Below are positions 50,705-53,356 of a stretch of 53,356 bases of DNA, piece by piece. Source of the stretch: Nitrospirota bacterium (GTDB lineage: Bacteria > Nitrospirota > Thermodesulfovibrionia > Thermodesulfovibrionales > SM23-35); assembly GCA_013388605.1 (NCBI GenBank), contig JACAEY010000068.1:1-53356 (forward strand), written 5' to 3'. Numbering within the stretch: the first letter of the stretch is position 1; every line of letters begins with the position of its first letter. A model generated the notes under the pieces. The model ran no database searches. It saw nothing but the letters and a program-made list of their open reading frames with translations, and was not told where the DNA came from. The position numbers and the translations under genes are program-made.

Positions 50705-52723
50705 ATGGGAAAAGAAAAATGCTGGGAATTTTTTAGATGTGGAAAAGAGGTTTGCCCAGCATATAAGTCTCGTAACCTCAGGTGCTGGCTTTTTACAGGA
50801 ACACTTTGTCGAGATTCATTTCAAGAAAAATTCATAGAAAAAATAGAAATGTGTATTGATTGTGAGATATTTAATAGAAATTTAGATGTTCCAAGCATGA
50901 GAAATACTTGCGAAATTTTTAATGATCAATTAAAGGAGTATAGACGAATTGTTGACGAGAGAGATAGAGAGCTGGAAAATATCGGTATAGAATTATCAAT
51001 TGGATTATCCGAAGTTTTTGAGGCACTAAAAATGATTTCCGAAGGTGATCCTTTAGTCAGAGTACCTGAAACTTCAAACATAGAATTGATTAGTAAACTG
51101 AAACATCTGGTTAACTTAACAGCACAGAATATTGAAGAAATTGTTGAACTATCCCATGAATTTGCCATCGGTCTTGCTGAACATTTTGATGTATTGCATA
51201 GGGTTTCAAGGGCTGACCTCAATGCGCGTGTTTCTGATAATTCAAATAATGAACTTTTAAAAGCACTGGGAAGGGTAACAAACCAGATGATAGCGAGTGT
51301 ATCCAGAGAAATCAACGAGCGTAGGAAGGCAGAAGAAGAACTTCGCCAGAGTGAAAGAAAGTACAGGGTATTGATTGAAAACCTACCACAAAAGATATTT
51401 CTTAAGGATAGAAATAGTGCATATATTTCATGTAATGAAAATTATGCCAGAGACCTGGGCATAAGCCCCCAGGAAGTCATCGGGAGGAATGATTACGATT
51501 TTTTCACAAAAGAGATAGCAGATAAAAATTTAGAGGAAGACAGAAGAACCATGGAATTAGGAAGGGCGGAGGAGATAGAGGATAAATACATAATTGATGG
51601 CGAAGAAAGGTTTATAAAGATGATCAAGATACCGGTCAAAGACGAAGAAGGAAAAATTATCGGGGTCCAGGGAATTTCCTGGGATATAACCAGTCGAAAA
51701 AAGGCAGAGGAGGCACTGCGGGCTTCTGAAGAAAAATATAGAGTTGTTTTCGAGACCACTGGAACAGCTATCATTATAGTTGAAGACGATATGATATCCA
51801 TGGTAAATACAGAATTCGAAAAGCTATCAGGTTATTCTAAAGAAGAAGTTGAAGGCAAAAAAAGCTGGAGAGAATTCATAATAAAAGAGGATTTAGAGAG
51901 AATAGATAAATATTATATCTTATATAAGATTGACCCACATTTTGTTCCAGATACATATGAAGTTAGAGCTTGTGATAGATATGGAAATATTAAAAATATT
52001 TTTATGAGAATCGCTTTAATACCTAATACAAAGAAGATGGTAGTATCTCTTTTAGATATTACAGAACATAAGAAGGCGGAGGAAAAACTCAGGATATCTT
52101 TTAAGGAAAAAGGAATACTTTTGAGAGAGGTTCACCATAGGACAAAAAACAACCTTCAGGTGATTTTGAGTTTACTCGACCTCCAGTCTCTAACCATAGG
52201 TGATAGAAAGATGTTGGGAGCCATAAAAGATATTCAGAATAGAATTAGATCAATCTCTATGGTACATGAGAAGCTCTATCAATCAAAGGATTTATCAAAT
52301 GTGAATCTAAAAGATTATGTTCAAGAACTTGCAGATGCGCTTTTGAAAAGCTACGAAGGGAGCAAACACAGAATATCTTTAATACTAGATATTGATAATA
52401 TTTTCATATCTCTTGATACTATTACCACATGCGGTTTGATTATAAACGAATTGTTATCAAATTCATTAAAATATGCCTTCCCGAATAATAGAAAAGGCAA
52501 GATCAAATTAGCACTTCGTAAAATTGGCAGAGAGGGAATAGAACTTCAGTTCAGCGATAATGGCATTGGCTTACCCGAGGGTTTAGATTTCAAAAATACA
52601 AAATCACTCGGACTGAAGCTTGTACAATGGTTAGCAGAGGATCAATTAGATGGAGAAATAATATTGAATAAGGAAGAAGGGACAGAGTTTTTAATAAAAT
52701 TTAGGGAACTAACAAGAAAGTAA
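50705..52723 (+). CDS. cytoplasmic sensor histidine kinase: Cys/Trp-rich two-CW N-domain, two PAS domains, HisKA_2-type kinase
   Basis: 672 aa. The N-terminus is KCWEFFRCGKEVCPAYKSRNLRCWLFTGTLC...CIDC. Two PAS S-box units are each preceded by RKKAEEALR-type linkers. The H-box is EVHHRTKNNLQVILSLLDLQ, followed by an HATPase_c domain. Confidence 0.85.
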   Translation: MGKEKCWEFFRCGKEVCPAYKSRNLRCWLFTGTLCRDSFQEKFIEKIEMCIDCEIFNRNLDVPSMRNTCEIFNDQLKEYRRIVDERDRELENIGIELSIGLSEVFEALKMISEGDPLVRVPETSNIELISKLKHLVNLTAQNIEEIVELSHEFAIGLAEHFDVLHRVSRADLNARVSDNSNNELLKALGRVTNQMIASVSREINERRKAEEELRQSERKYRVLIENLPQKIFLKDRNSAYISCNENYARDLGISPQEVIGRNDYDFFTKEIADKNLEEDRRTMELGRAEEIEDKYIIDGEERFIKMIKIPVKDEEGKIIGVQGISWDITSRKKAEEALRASEEKYRVVFETTGTAIIIVEDDMISMVNTEFEKLSGYSKEEVEGKKSWREFIIKEDLERIDKYYILYKIDPHFVPDTYEVRACDRYGNIKNIFMRIALIPNTKKMVVSLLDITEHKKAEEKLRISFKEKGILLREVHHRTKNNLQVILSLLDLQSLTIGDRKMLGAIKDIQNRIRSISMVHEKLYQSKDLSNVNLKDYVQELADALLKSYEGSKHRISLILDIDNIFISLDTITTCGLIINELLSNSLKYAFPNNRKGKIKLALRKIGREGIELQFSDNGIGLPEGLDFKNTKSLGLKLVQWLAEDQLDGEIILNKEEGTEFLIKFRELTRK

Positions 52724-52735
52724 TGAAAATTGGAA

Positions 52736-53161
52736 ATGAGAAAACGAAGGGATATTGCAAAGACAAAAATCTTAATCGTTGAAGACGAAATTATTACTGC
52801 CATGAGTTTGAAACAACTCTTTGAACATTGGGGTTTAGGAAAATGTAAACAGGCATCTTCAGGAAGGGAGGCGTTCGAGAAAATGATAAGCGAAAAGCCT
52901 GATATTGTGCTTATAGATATTCACCTTAAAGGAGAAATAAACGGAATCGAGACAGCCAGACAATTACAAGCAAATTCTCGAGTGCCTATTATTTTTATAA
53001 CGGGATATTCTGATGAGGAGACGATAAAAAAAGCAGATAAAATAAAACCGGTCGCTTATTTTGTAAAACCCTTAGATTTTTATAAATTAAGATCTACTAT
53101 AGAATCGGTTGTAAGTAAGAAAAAAAGGAATCTGAAACAAAAAAAGAGTAGTAATCTGTAA
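52736..53161 (+). CDS. single-domain response regulator (receiver)
   Basis: KILIVEDE, DIVLIDIHL (phospho-acceptor Asp) and VAYFVKP motifs. I chose the ATG at 52736; the track ORF starts at the TTG at 52730. Confidence 0.85.
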   Translation: MRKRRDIAKTKILIVEDEIITAMSLKQLFEHWGLGKCKQASSGREAFEKMISEKPDIVLIDIHLKGEINGIETARQLQANSRVPIIFITGYSDEETIKKADKIKPVAYFVKPLDFYKLRSTIESVVSKKKRNLKQKKSSNL

Positions 53162-53356
53162 AGGTATATTCAAAAAGTCTCTTTGTAGCCTCTCTACTTA
53201 AATACTCAATTAAGGGAATATCGTTGCTGTCCAAAATATTCTATATAATTCTATGCTAAGTTGAGCGATTATTTAGTAAAAACCTTAATTAATCAAACCA
53301 TTTTGAGAAAAGTGTAATCACCTAACAAGTGTCATTGTCCGACTTGATCGGACAAT

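Overview
AT-rich (by eye) bacterial chromosomal window, almost fully coding with about 50 genes. I cannot assign the organism; the gene content suggests a low-GC anaerobe. It covers the replication-origin neighbourhood on the minus strand (lnt, prfB, AT-rich spacer, dnaA, dnaN, gyrB). Housekeeping blocks include folP, ftsH, rph, murI, a cell-wall amidase, smpB-ssrA, ugd, hisAF, rfaE-type heptose kinase, PiT/DUF47/CBS, nfi, gyrA, comM, mlaEFD, a TolC-HlyD-EmrB efflux set and tal. The accessory-looking content is selenium biology. At 17.6-23.7 kb the order is LysR regulator, YedE, TusA-like protein, DUF3343 fusion protein, ribokinase-fold protein, a decayed selD 5' remnant, a UGA-containing selD, then YedF. 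A UGA-containing Tat-exported formate dehydrogenase (fdhAB) lies at 36.9-40.7 kb. Four observations stand out. (1) smpB has no stop codon of its own, reads 119 nt into the tmRNA gene, and ends on the tmRNA tag stop in the tag frame. (2) A 106-bp, roughly 98% identical module plus a diverged leader is duplicated upstream of yedE and selD, next to the LysR gene. (3) A selD 5' pseudogene fragment keeps its in-frame TGA. (4) An uncharacterised, translationally coupled pair (DUF3343 with an IscU-like C-terminal half, plus a YjeF_C/ribokinase-fold protein) sits inside the selenium cluster. I also found a 140-bp MITE-like palindromic element in two inverted copies, the prfB +1 frameshift, and a roughly 55-aa insertion in HisF. 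No tRNA, rRNA, CRISPR array, transposase or recognisable defence system was seen. All calls come from reading the translations and sequence by eye; nothing was searched against a database.
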